From Octopus vulgaris (lineage: Eukaryota): a DNA stretch of 64,000 nt. Below the pieces are notes generated by a model. It made no database searches. It saw nothing but the letters and a program-made list of their open reading frames with translations, and was not told the origin of the DNA. This document shows, in pieces, positions 12,800-26,012 of the stretch; the stretch's first letter is position 1, and every line of letters begins with the position of its first letter. The stretch is taken from assembly GCA_951406725.2 (NCBI GenBank), contig OX597815.1, positions 90,520,001 to 90,584,000 on the forward strand. Direction: 5' to 3'. Made by a program: the position numbers and the translations under genes.

Positions 12800-13580
12800 T
12801 AAAGATACGTGCAAATTCTCATTGGTCATATTTCTACATTTCCAAAGACATTTGGACTCAACATTAGCCTGGATAAGAATATAACAGCCAGCACCAGGAA
12901 ATCGATATGTGAAGCCATCTACCTTAGTTGAAGAAACAGTGATGAAATTGGGATACAAGTTTGTCTTCATCGGCAGCACACGCAGCCATTCTTGCTCTTT
13001 GGATAATGAAATATTTTTAAGGCTTCAAAAAGCAACTGGTTACTTCAGAGCTTTTGAGATTCTTGTCTGCTCCGAACGTGGCATCAAGTAAGATTCCTTG
13101 AATACTTCCATCAGGGATGTCTGGAGCACATTCTGAATTTTGGCTCATCCTTGTGGACTCCAGACGTAAATAACTTAAGGGGAGCCGATATTCGGGGCAC
13201 TGAGCAGGGATCTTGGGCACTTCGTTCAGGGTAATCGGAGGATCCCTAAGCAAAAGCTATATAGTGAACTTGCTACTGGAAAGGTACCCCATCGGCAATC
13301 AAAACTACGATTTAAGCATTGCGGAAAGGCTTTGTTGAAGGCATATGAAATATGGGGTGTCAGGTTGGAATGCTCTGTTTGCATTGACCCCAAGGAGGAA
13401 ACAAATAAAGCAAAACGTGAGTATTTTTAAAAAGAACACGAAATTTTCATGCAGAATCTAAGTCAGCTGATTTAAAACATACCACCAGAATAGTGAATGG
13501 ACGAAGCTTCGTCTGCAATAACTGCGGACGTGTATGTTTACGAAAAGCTGGGCTCATTAATCACGAATGTAGAATATATG
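12800..13580 (+). mobile_element. Degenerate RTE-type LINE 3' fragment
   Basis: FVFIGST..SCSLDNEIFLRLQKA, RIPKQ.LYSELATGK, KLRFKHC and a terminal C2H2-like FVCNNCGRVCLRKAGLINH. Frameshifts and stops. Confidence 0.7.
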
Positions 13581-13639
13581 AATTTGTCTGAGTGCACAAA
13601 ATTCTTAATTGGTTAATAATAGTCTTCCTCGATCACATT

Positions 13640-13698
13640 CATATATACATATATACAGACATATATACATATATATATATATACATATATATATATAC

Positions 13699-13745
<47 letters not shown>

Positions 13746-13752
13746 TATACAT

Positions 13753-13840
<88 letters not shown>

Positions 13841-13860
13841 ATATATATGTATATATATAT
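13640..13860. repeat. (TA)n/(TACA)n microsatellite; one of more than 25 similar tracts in the window
   Basis: Direct inspection. Confidence 0.95.
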
Positions 13861-14178
13861 AGGTACCAAACCTCTTATCCGGCAATCTTGGGACCGGAAG
13901 TGGTCCAGGTTTCTGGACTTTTGGGACACAGGCTAAATATATACTGAAAATATGAAATAAAAAACGAAAAGTAAAGAATAAAATTGTATAACATGTACAA
14001 ATTAATACATTTCTAAAGTAGTTACACGGGAACTGGCTTGGTATGACACATACGACATTGAAACTAAAAGAAAGCGACCGCGCGGCAAACTACAACAGCG
14101 AAATTCAAAGCTAGCTAGTTTCAAAAATAGCCGGATAATTTCGGATTTCTAGTTTCCAGATAAGAGGTTCGGTACCCG
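13861..14178. mobile_element. MITE (Tc1/mariner/pogo-type, TA target)
   Basis: TIRs ggtaccaaacctcttatccggcaa and tttccagataagaggttcggtacc; non-coding; TA flanks. Confidence 0.7.
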
Positions 14179-14180
14179 TA

Positions 14181-15240
14181 CAGGGTGTCCCAAAAACATT
14201 TACCCGTGGATATTTCCTCATTATGCAAAATATATTTAAAGTAGGATAATGAAATTTGGCACATGCGATCTAATGTAAATTGTCAATCCATTGCAGTAAT
14301 TACATTTCAAAATGACCACCTTACATCTTGATCATAGCCTGCAAATGAGTGGTCACTTGAGTTTCATGAGCGCCCTACCGCCTCTTGATTCAACTTGACC
14401 CATGAAGACAGAAGGGCTTTCTTCAGATCTGACACATTTGAATAGGGGCTAGCAGAAACGTTACTCTCTAAGATAGACCAGATAGGAAAGTCCATGGGAC
14501 TGATGTCTGGAGTTATGGGAGGCCATATCTTCTTGTCCCCAAAACCGCTGAAATGCTCTTGGCACGACTTCTTTGTCAATCTGGATGTGTGATCCGGAAC
14601 CCAGTCTTGAGTGAAGATGTAACGGTCACCAAATGTTTTTTTTCCCGAGGGTAACACTTTCTCATCCAACATTTCCACATAAACTTCACCGTTGACCTTA
14701 ACGCCAGCCTCGATGAAGATCAAGAGAGATTTAGAGCTATCAAATGCAACTGCGGCCCACACCATGAGTGAAGATGACTTTTGATGGCGTAAATGACGCC
14801 TGCTACTTTTGGAGAAGTCTCCTGCATTACGTGCATAAATCCCGTCATTCTGCCTGTTGGTAACTGCTTTCACAGTGAAAATCTTCCCGTCAGACCAGGC
14901 CAACACTTTTTTAGCTTCATTCTTTTCTAACATGGTTTTACCCCTGTCGAGCTGTTTCTTCTTGGAAACTACTGAAATTAACTGCTGGAATAGTTTTTTG
15001 TGTGCAGTTAGCTTTAAATCTTCTTTGTGAAACCTGTGTATTGAGGATTTCGAATATCCGAAGCATTTTTCTTGCACACCTGCGAGGATTTCAGTTCATT
15101 CGCTTCTTCAAGACTTCAATAGCTTGTTTAGTGCACTTTGATAGTTTCCCACCAGGAATGTAAGTCTTCTCTCGACTAAATTATATGATCCCTAGAAACT
15201 ATAAAATCATATATACAGTAGCACGTGTAACATTAAAACT
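14181..15240 (-). mobile_element. maT (DD37D) Tc1/mariner-superfamily transposon, 5'-truncated
   Basis: TIR TA|cagggtgtcccaaaa at 14181; transposase remnant inside; the other TIR is not seen. Confidence 0.8.
14364..15077 (-). pseudogene. DD37D transposase remnant
   Basis: WSDGKIF ... FTQDWVPDH ... WPPITPDISPMDFPIW, with 37 residues between the second and third Asp. N-terminus broken by frameshift. Confidence 0.8.
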
Positions 15241-16439
15241 TTAAAATTCTCTTCGGTCTGAATGCCTTTAACTGCCCTCACTACATCCATACCTACTACC
15301 TCCACTTTTCAGGTTACCTTTATCTCTTCCCCACCTCAAAGTTTAGTTCCCTGTCTCTTTAAATGTAGGTTATATGTATTTCTTATTATCTTCTATAAAG
15401 TCTTATTTTGTTTTCTTATTTTGATACCCTTACGTATTACCCTCTTATCCCTTATGAATTGTTAATCTTCTTAAATAGATATGTTTCAGTTACTTAAATC
15501 TATGCGAGATGGTTATTCTATATCCATATAAACTTATAAATATTTGTGTATGTGTGTGTGTGGATCTGTACACATCTTCATCTTTTCTGATTCGTGTTTA
15601 TCTTTCCAGTTATTCCATAAGTAAATACCTTGATCAGTCTTTATAGAAACCACCTAATAAGTTATTTAGTACACGACTGAATATTAAAATAATTCTATGT
15701 AATCTTTCCTTTTTAATGTTTATAATTGATATGTATACACATTTTACCTATTTTGGTTATGATATCATTTTGAGAATCTTAAATTTATGTTCATGCAACA
15801 TAACAATATTGTTTATAAACAATCACCCATAATGCCTCAAGATAAAAAATTCCTCTGTATTAAATTCCTAGATTCCTTAGCGTCTTGCCCGTTTAACTGG
15901 TAATTAACATCATTATTTAAAGTCTTCCCCTACTCAGCCCCTCTTTATAGATAGTTACTTTATATCCAATCAACTACTCCTAATGTCTACTTTCCTCCCT
16001 GAGGAAAAGGGGTAGATATGATGATATTTATGACCATACCTAGCCATGAGCAGTCAACTCACCCTTACCCTTTATTCAAAAGAGACCCAGTCTTCTAGTC
16101 TTAGATTTAGTGGTTGATAAAGAGATAAATGAATTAGAAATTAATTACAATCATTTACAAGCTATAACCCCAATGAGCTTCATGCGATTCTTGGAAGTGC
16201 AGTCTATTCTTAGCTATAATAGGGACAACATGAATTTCTTCCATCTTCTTGCTCTGTTAAAGTATTTGAGAAAACTTGTAATAATGTGTCCGACTGATTA
16301 AAGTTATATTTATTTATTTGTGCAGCAGAAGATGGTACTGCATTTAAATTGATGTAATGATTGCATTGTTCAATTAAATTGAGCCTTTTGAACGATATTA
16401 CTGCATCATTAATTGATATCTTGTTGCTTATTTTGATTT

Positions 16440-16522
<83 letters not shown>

Positions 16523-16559
16523 TCGTCGCTTATATACATAAGGGACGACCTTATGTATA

Positions 16560-17408
16560 TAAGGGACGACCAATATATAGTACAAATCCGTTTTGCTAGG
16601 TTGAAAGGGATATTCATTCTGGTGTATCTGGGGCGGCATGAGTCGAGCTGTAGGTATTGCTTAGAGTCCGTAGGCTTATAGTATATATCTGTTTCTATTT
16701 CGTTGATAGATTTCTTAATGAGGATGTCGAGGAAGGGTAAGTTGTTGTTGGCTATATTCCACTGTAAATTGAATGTTTACGTCAAGTCTCACTACTTACA
16801 TGCCAAAGAATGAAACAGTCCTTCAGGTATCCCTTCCAGTTATTGTCGATGTAGTGGGGAAATAGGTTGCTGTATATTTCTAGAACCTTACGATAAAGAC
16901 TGATTTCTAGATATCCCGTGACTAGGTTAGCAAAGGAGGAAGCCACTCTGATACCCATCGCAAACCCAGATTTTTGTCGATAGATGTTATCCTTGGAGAC
17001 AAAGTAGTTATTCTCCAATATGAATTTTAGCCCTTCTATTACGAATTCTCATTTGATGCGATGTGGAAGTTCACTGGTGTAATTTCTCTAGCCAGAATTG
17101 AATTGCCTCTGTGGGGGATATTGGAATAGAGATTGACTACATCGAAGGATACTAGTAGGGTGTTTTTGTTTATTGTTTTAGGGTGGTAATAGAGCATGTC
17201 GAGGTCGTCCCTTATGTAGCTTTTGATATGCTTGAGGAATGGTTTTAAGAGAGTATCTAAAAAGTTACCGAGGCGGTGGGTCTCGCATGCAGGACCTGCT
17301 ATTATAGGTCTTAATTTGAGGTCATTAGGAGTAGGGACCGTGATTATTATGTCTGTGGCTATGCTGCATGCGTTACTTATTTTCTCACTTTTGTGTATCT
17401 TAGAATAC

Positions 17409-17410
<2 letters not shown>
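16560..17410 (-). mobile_element. Penelope-like element reverse transcriptase fragment
   Basis: SKIHKS, LKLRPIIAGPACET, SYIRD, LVSFDVVNLYSNIPH, YRQKSGFAMGIRVASSFANL, degenerate YLKDCFILW (YxDD site), LPFLDILI. Confidence 0.85.
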
Positions 17411-17463
<53 letters not shown>

Positions 17464-17470
17464 ATGTGTG

Positions 17471-18207
17471 CTGTCCAACGATACACACAAGTGATAAAGT
17501 AAGTAACACATGCAGCATAGCCACAGACATGATATTCACGGTCCCTACTCCTAATGACCTCAAATTAAGACCTATAATAGCAGGGTATCTAAAAGGTTAC
17601 TGAAATGGTGGATCTCGCATGCAGGACAGCCCAAATCTATGAAAAGGCTCCTAACACTGAAGCCGCCAGTAAAAAAAATGAAGATCTTACTGTGGTATAT
17701 GCATCAACCTAACTGAGGGATCGGAATTTTCTTTCAAACAGGGTCAACGTGTTTCAGTGAAAACAACTTCACATGTGCTTCGAAGAACTTAATATAGGTA
17801 TTAACTTGCCCTGGGTATCAAGAGCAATACATAGGTCAAGCCAAAACTAGTCTTTGTCGCCTTCTTTCCCAGCTATTACTACTGCTTAAACAATTGAAAC
17901 CAAGAACTCATATCAAATATTAGGACTACTACTACCTGCTGCCTGTTATCAAGATCTTAAGTGAGTAAAAAAGCGAGACAGACAGAAGAAAGGAAAATTC
18001 ATTTGCGCTTGAAAACTATGGAAATATTCAAAAAAACATTTCATTTAACTTTTCCACAATTTAATTTTTATTCATGCTTTATTCTGAATTGAAGAAGTCG
18101 CTAAGTCTGTAACCGGTACTAAAATGTCCTGATAAAATTATTTTAACATTGTTCTACTTTGTCTTATTTTGCTTATACATATCAACTCGTGTGTCCCTTT
18201 TTAAACT

Positions 18208-18210
<3 letters not shown>
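17471..18210 (+). mobile_element. Penelope-like element fragment: short RT piece, GIY-YIG endonuclease and 3' tail
   Basis: 17480-17583 is an inverted copy of the RT start. About 17765-17850 reads FTCASKNLI*VLTCPGYQEQYIGQ (GIY-YIG). A decayed hammerhead-like tgaagaagtcgctaagtctgtaaccggta lies at about 18090-18120. Confidence 0.75.
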
Positions 18211-18276
<66 letters not shown>

Positions 18277-18574
18277 CACCGAGACCGACCAGGCTATCAG
18301 ATGTTGCTACACATCGCTGGTCACAATTCGCTTCGCATTGTTTTAGCCTTCAAATGACGCCACCCCGATAGCTAAGCGAAAGCGTGCAGGCCAACAGAAG
18401 AAAGAGTGAGAGAAAGTTGTGGAGAAAGAGTACAGCAGGGATCACCACCGCCACCTGCCGGAGCTTCGTGGAGCTTTATGTGTTTTCGCTCAATAAACAC
18501 TCACAAAGCCCGGTCTGCGAATCGAAACTGCAATCCTGCGACTGCGAGTTCGCTGCCCTAACCACTAGGCCATT
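18277..18574 (-). mobile_element. tRNA-derived SINE (second family)
   Basis: Minus-strand head TGGCCTAGTGG (A box) ... GTTTCGATTC (B-box-like); flanked by TA microsatellites. Confidence 0.8.
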
Positions 18575-18682
<108 letters not shown>

Positions 18683-18697
18683 GTATATATATATGTA

Positions 18698-18728
<31 letters not shown>

Positions 18729-18736
<8 letters not shown>

Positions 18737-18887
18737 ATTCGAGACAAAACCACTATTTTAAAACCAAACAAGGAAAGACTTAATCAATACATAAAATTTT
18801 AATATAAATTATATTAAAATTTTATGTATTGATTAAGTCTTTCCTTGTTTGGTTTTAAAATAGTGGTTTTGTCTCGAATTATATTAT
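18729..18887. repeat. Perfect palindrome, 79-bp arms with 1-nt spacer
   Basis: 18729-18807 is the exact reverse complement of 18809-18887. Confidence 0.95.
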
Positions 18888-18966
18888 TTAATATTTTACT
18901 ATAAAATTGGATTTAACCCTAAATTTGATTTTTCCCTGTAATTTGGATTCATTCCCTAATATTTAT

Positions 18967-19000
<34 letters not shown>

Positions 19001-19271
19001 ACATATACATATATACATATATATATATATTAATGTGTATATATATATATATATATATATTCTTTATTTTCTCTCCTTGTTTCTGTGTTCCTTTCTGTGG
19101 AATAGCGTAGGTTCGAAACATAAAGAAATATTTTTTCTGGGCGTTAAACTAATGCACCTGCTTGTTTTCCTACACATATCTTCGTATTCTGTTTTACTGG
19201 GGTTTTTTTCTGTAAGTTTGTACAATATATGTGTGTGTATGCATATACATATATGTATGTGTGTATGTATA

Positions 19272-19344
<73 letters not shown>

Positions 19345-19399
19345 TGTGTGCATAGATGTGTGTGTGAGTGTGTGCATATATGTGTGTGTATACGATTGC

Positions 19400-20595
19400 G
19401 TGCTGAATATTTTGTTGGCTGACTGTGAAGGAATGATGCTGGAACCGTGAAATCTTACATGCATTAATTCCAATTCTCTTTAATAACTGCGTTCTTTCTA
19501 CACATGTAAACCGACATTTGACTGTTGAAAGACGATTTCAAATGTAATTTGGCATCGTGGTGTTATTATCAAGTAACAGCGAAAAGAAAATTTAGTCCCC
19601 ATGAGCATTCATGCGGACATGGTTGCTACATTGGAATGTGACAACCCAGCTGTATAGACAACACAAAATTTGACAACTGAATTTTCGAGGAGGAGGGAGA
19701 ACCTTGGAGACGATCCAAGGTCTGGATTCCTGAAAATGCCACTATCGAGGTAAACATTGATCGTGCTCACCACATGGCGATGGATAACAAGCGATTGAGT
19801 ACAAATCAAATAGCCAGTGCCATTAGCATATCCAGTGAGTGAGTTGAGAATATTCTACACAGTAATGCTGGCATGACGATGGTTTCTGCTTGGTAGGTGC
19901 CATGTCATCTGATACCTGATGAAGTGCACACCAGGCTGATCATATTGTGCGAAAATCTGACACTTTTTGAAGCAAATCCAGCTGGTCTCCTTGAGTGTTC
20001 CCTAACTCAGGAGGAGTGTTGGCGTTGTCACTTTGAGTCAGAAACAAAGAGACGATCCATTTAGTAGAAAGCCTTGACCAAAGAAAGTCAAGGCATTTTT
20101 ATCTGTAGTTTCATCTGGTGTCAGGTTTTGGGATCCCGTAAACAGTGTGTTCATTCATTTGCTTCAAAAAGGTAACACAACAACGGAGAGGACTATGCCA
20201 ACTTGCGGAGGCAGATACGAAAGGCTATCAAGGCAAAAAACTCAGGAAAACCGAAAAATGAGGTGTTCTTTAATCAGGACAATGTTCCAACACACAAGAT
20301 TTTGGTTTCAATAGCTGCTGTGTGTGACTGTGACTCTAAACCGGTTGTTTACTCTTCCTTTCCTCCTGATTTAACCCTATCTGTCCATCGTCTGTCTCCC
20401 AACCGTTTTGCAGTGATGATGACGTCACGTCTGCTGTTGATGATGTTCTTGACCAACTGGATGGAAGCGTTTTTACAATTGGGATCCAAGCATTGCAACA
20501 CCGACAGAAATGTGTAGAGCACAAAGTGTATGGACCGCAAGGGGGACTATACTGAAATGGTCACATGCCATGAGAGTGCCTTAGACTATTCATTT
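19400..20595 (+). mobile_element. Degenerate mariner transposon
   Basis: DDPRSG, WVP-like, FNQDNVPTH and SFPPDLT (YSPDL-like) remnants over about 1.2 kb; many stops. Confidence 0.7.
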
Positions 20596-22144
20596 TTCTT
20601 TTGTCCCTTTTATGTGTATGTGTGTGTGTGTGTGTGTGTTATACATATATACAAGGGACGAATACGAATGAAGTATATACTACAATTTCACTGAAAGCAT
20701 ATACCTTTCATTTGTCTCTACTTCTCCAAGATATTTTTAATAATTACTCTAGTTTAAGTCTCCTAATTACAATATATATCAGAGTAATTATAGACACTCT
20801 AGTGACTATGGATTATGTCTAATTTTTTAAAGATTTGTTTACAAATTTAAATGCTATACGTCTGTGTCTATACCGCTATCTGAAAACAATATTTCATTTT
20901 TTTTTATGGAGATATTTTTCGTAAGTTTTATTTGTTTTGTTTTGTTTTTCTTTTTGCGAAAATTTATTTTGAAGTAATATGATTACTTCAATCTTGTTAA
21001 CACCTTTTCTTTTGTTTATAAAATTTTGACGTATATAATTTCCACAAATGCTTTCGATGCTGGGTATAAAGCTATAGAAACACCAAATGAAGCGTCGAGT
21101 GTAACGCTGAATTGAGTGTATATGAAGGTTTGCATGCCCTTACACCCGTAAACAGAAAACGTGACTGCTATATATGTAGAGGTTTGTTTTTAAAGTTCAA
21201 CAATGCTATAGTTAACTCAGAAAGCTATGATGTGTAGGCGTACATGAAATCTTGAGAAGAACCGTATTTTCCATTTTATTAATATTACGGCGTTTCTTTT
21301 ATTTACTAAGTTTTCTGGGTATTTTGCATTCGAATAATAACTTTTAAACATTTTGTTTCTACTTGACAACCACTCATCTTTGAATTGTTTGCTATTGTTA
21401 TTGAAAGAATCTTTGTATTGCAAAATGTCTCATATCATTTGACAACATACAGTTGGCCACGTTTCATATGAAGTAACAAAAGTGGATATTTCTCAACACC
21501 TGCGTTTCTCATTTGATGTTTCTTCTTTTCCCGGGCATCTCAGTTGCAGAGATTGGATGTACAGCAAACTTTGATAATTACTTAAACTACTGTAAAATAA
21601 CTGATCAAAAGTTTTAACTTATTTCAAAATATATGAGTAAAATATTACATAATGATGTATAAGAGAAAGTTAGTATATTACAGGCACCAAAATCTTTTAT
21701 TCGACCTTTAACTAAGTGTTATCAATATGTGTAGTAAGGACTACTGATGATCGAGTCTAAGTCCATTTTTAGGGCTTGCGAAAAAAATAATAGTAAACTT
21801 AATAATCGTGGTGCGTTCAGTTCAATTTCACAGACCTGTGAGGCTTTTCACTTCAGCTGTTGTAGCTACGCTGCAAGTTATCGAGTCATCAAAGAGAATA
21901 TGCTTCCGTCACCGGACAGTAGAACTCATGCATCTCTGAATCAGCTACAAATACCGAGTCGTACTTCGTGGCCACTGAGAAGAGGCTGCTCTTATCTTAA
22001 AAACGACAAATGGTACATTTGCTGATGTGCGCAATGATTTGTAAAAAATCCACATCTTATGATCACGTTAAGATATTTACATATTTTCTTCTGAGTATAT
22101 CTTTCCTGCTCTGAATGTACACGAGCATGTTAAATATGATTATA

Positions 22145-23739
22145 CACTAACGAAAATAAATTTAAGACCGATGATAAAATTTCTATTTCTTACAGAATAT
22201 TTTGTTACTAACATCATAAAATTATTTTTATCTTTTACACCTTATACAGAATTTCTTTCTCTTTCAAATGATGCAGATAGTAACTAATTTTATATAACTT
22301 GAAGAATTCTAATGCTAAATTAATATAAGCGTTTCAAATTTACCGGCAAAATTAGTTTAAGATCATGTAATATGTATGCAACTTTTTTGCCAAAGTGGGT
22401 GGTCACACAACTAGCCTAACTGCACTATATTGTGTTATAATTTAACGTTATTGATTAATAATGGGAAGACAACGTAGCCTCAGTCCAGTCACGAGAGCTA
22501 AATTCGTATTACTCCACCAGCAAAAAGTTTCCTTTTCGAACATCAGCAGGCAACTAAAGTGCAGTAAACGGATTGCGTGCAAGCGTGGAAGTTATACTTG
22601 GAGACTGGTCAATACAGTTCAGCAAAGAACTGGCGCCCCAAGAAAACGACAGCGCAGTTGGACTGCCGAATCCACCGACTTTCGGAAGGCAACCGAATGC
22701 TGACATCCGTTGACATTTGTAAACAATTGTCCAACGACAATGATATTTTTACACCACAAACCGTATGCAACCGTCTGAGAGAATTTGGACTACGTGGACG
22801 AATCACTAGGAAAAAGCCAATAATATCCGAAAGAAATCGACTCAAACGCCTTAATTTTGCAAAAAGCCATGCTCAATGGAGTCCCGAAGATTGGTGCAGG
22901 GTCTTTTGGAGTGACGAGTCACGCTTCTGTATATTTGGATCAGATGGTAAAATATACGTCAGACGTCACCCAACCGAGGAATTCCATCCTAAATGCGTGA
23001 AAAAGATGGCGCAAGCAGAGAGGGAGGGTGATATGAAGTGGGCGACATTTAGTAGCTTTGGTGTTGGTCCTCTAGTTAAAGTTGATGGAAAGCTAAATAA
23101 TGTGGATTATATGAATCTACTAAACGACAATGTTGTGCCATATTTGACTCACCAAATGGCTCCAGGGGCTATTTATCAACAGGACAATAGTCCTGTGCGC
23201 AAAGCCAGAAAGGTTATCGGAGTTTTTGATCACCATAATATTGACGTAATCGAACGGCATCCCCAGAGCCCAGACCTGAATCCGATCGGGAACTTGTGGA
23301 ATTATGTTTCTAAAAAGGTCCATGCTAAAATACCATCTAATCTAAAACAATTATTCGATTATATCAATGAAATACGACAAAACATTCCCATAGAATTTTG
23401 TAATCACTTAGCGAGGCGTTGTTCAGCCGTTATTAAGAATGAAGGCTATGGCACAAAGTACTAATAATGTATTTCGTTCTTTTTGCTCATTTTTGCTACA
23501 ATCTTAAGCTTTAAATAAAATTATAATGATACGGTCTTAAACTAATTTTGCCGGTAAATTTGAAACGTTTATATTAATTTAGCATTACAATTCTTCAAGT
23601 TGTATAAAAATAGTTATTGTCTGCATCATAGGAAAGAGAAATAAATTCTGCATAAGGTGTAAATGATAAGAAATAATTTGTATGGTGTTTGTAAGAAATA
23701 GAACTTTTATCATCGTTCTTAAATTTATTATCGCCAGTG
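22145..23739 (+). mobile_element. Full-length Tc1-family transposon with about 215-bp TIRs (IR/DR type), TA target duplication
   Basis: TA|cact...cagtg|TA. 22145-22365 is reverse-complementary to 23527-23739, and the tttaagac motif recurs at both ends of the TIR. Confidence 0.9.
22461..23464 (+). pseudogene. Tc1 DD34E transposase, frameshifted, catalytic Glu replaced by Gly
   Basis: MGRQRSLS... HTH start, frameshift near 22575, WSDESRF, YQQDNSP, SPDLNPIGNLW (D-34-G), terminal GYGTKY. Confidence 0.9.
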
Positions 23740-25749
23740 TACTCACCCAAATAGACTTTTATATTTGTATGTGTGTAAGTGTGTCCTCAAAGTAGAACAT
23801 GGGTAACATATATATTTCTATATCTATGTGTGTGTTTGTGCGCATGTTTGTGTGTGTGTGTGCGTGTTGCATGTGTGCATTACGAATATATTTTCTGTCT
23901 AATGGTGATACGAAATAACGTTTGATATTAGCTCAGTTTTCTAAACACCCTCTAGAAACTTTAATGTGAACTCGCTAATCCTATGAATATTTTTGCATTA
24001 TTTAACCAAGGTTATTACCATTGTATCTCTAGGTAATTATTGCCCCCATTGCACAATAACTTATTCATTGCATTGGCTAAATTTAGTCAGTAATTTTCTT
24101 TTGTAATTTCCCTGATTTACAAACGACAGCTACAGAGCCTATAACATTAAGGGAACGAGGACTAAACCGATGGGTGCTAGTAGTTGCAAGGCATTACGGA
24201 CAAGATTTTCCTCAAGGAATTTTATGTATTTTTTTCTTTTATCGAGAAAGATCATTATGTATACCTAGCACACAAGAAACATCTGTAAAGGATTTGAAAT
24301 AAAAGCCCATGGCGTGAGAGAGAGCAATATTTAATTTTATTAATTCTATAAGTTGATTATTGATGGTTAGTAAGATCACATATCACTCGATCAGGGCCAG
24401 CATTGATGGGAATAACATACTATTTCCCGCTGTGAGCATAAAACACCGAGATATTTTCCCTTAATGTAGATGTAACACATCAGTCTGATAACGTGTTTAT
24501 TATTGTTGATGTTGTTTCGCCCAAGAGAGGCGCTTCAGCTGCGATAATCGCCATAATTTTCTATCGGTGTGTAGGTTTTGTTAGCGGATAGATTGTGATG
24601 TAAGGGTCGTATGTTACGTAAAAACTACACATACTCTTTATTACAAATATTGATATTTTGTTGTCCTGACAATGCCATTAAATAACCACAAACCAGAAAT
24701 GAATCAGCTTCTACATGGTTGCTCAAAATGCTAGAAAAATCCGCAACCAGTAAGGAAATGACTTAGTGATTAATGTTGTCCTTAAACGGGAGGAACCTAG
24801 CATGTCTACTCGATCAGGTCCAAGAATCATAAGCCTACAAAGAAACAGTTCACTGCGTAATCAAATCTCGCTCATTTTACAACACGCAATATTTAAGACA
24901 TTAGTTTTGAATATAGCAGGTTTACTTAGGACATCTAATTTGTAGGGATACGTAAGTTGTCCTGGGTAGATAATAGGATTGCTTTGTCTGAAACACATTC
25001 AATCATAGAACTATCAAGGCTACTAAATACGAGCCAAAGACATCATACCCCTTTGAATGGGAAGAACACGTCGGATAAAGTGGTCTTAGAAAATGTTGGA
25101 ATGTTCTAGTACAGAACACTTTTGATCATAGTTCAGCTCTGTCAAGAAAAACCTAGTGTTAAATAATAACCGTGACAAAAAAAATTCATTTCTAAATGGG
25201 TTTTAGTTGTCAAATGTAATATATAAGTGATTACTCACAAATTTATGTAAATACAACAAACGTCTCTCTATAAATAACATATCTAGCTTAAATTAATAAG
25301 TATAATGATTTCTCGAGATTGCCTCTGCTAGATTCCCCCCACTTCTTATTTTGTTAGATAAACAGAAATACAGGGGATATGCTAAATAGAAAAAACACGC
25401 AGAATCTCTGCAACATAAGCATACTTCTGAATATCGTTAATTATTCTCAAGTGAATATCCACAGGCTTTTCATGATTTGGTAAGCATTGTAATGAGAATC
25501 GTAAGGAAAATATTCATAGCCTCCTAATTTACTTAGCGTTCTGATTAACTCCTGTCTGTCAATCTGTCTATGTGTGTGCGTACGTATGAGTATATATATG
25601 TGTATAGTTATATACACATATCCATACACACACATATATAAATATGTGTATATATATGTGTGTCTGTGTGTGTACGTGTATGCGTGAATGTACATGTATG
25701 TATGTACGTATATACAGATGTATATGCACATATACGCCTGTATATGTAA

Positions 25750-25780
<31 letters not shown>

Positions 25781-25823
25781 TAATAATGATAATAGTAACA
25801 ACAACAACAACAACAACAACAGC

Positions 25824-25873
<50 letters not shown>

Positions 25874-25880
25874 GCGAGAT

Positions 25881-25945
<65 letters not shown>

Positions 25946-26012
25946 CGAGATTCGATTACTTTTCCAGCATTTCGAGCAACCGCACAGTGAACTGTTTCTT
26001 TGTAGGCTTATG

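Noticed and set aside
15260-16300. Possible PLE N-terminal region or gene fragment (ORF 16110-16301)
   Set aside because: No diagnostic motif; cannot be assigned from sequence alone.
19914-19940. CTGATGA inside the mariner relic
   Set aside because: No downstream stem plus GAAA; lies in transposase-derived sequence.
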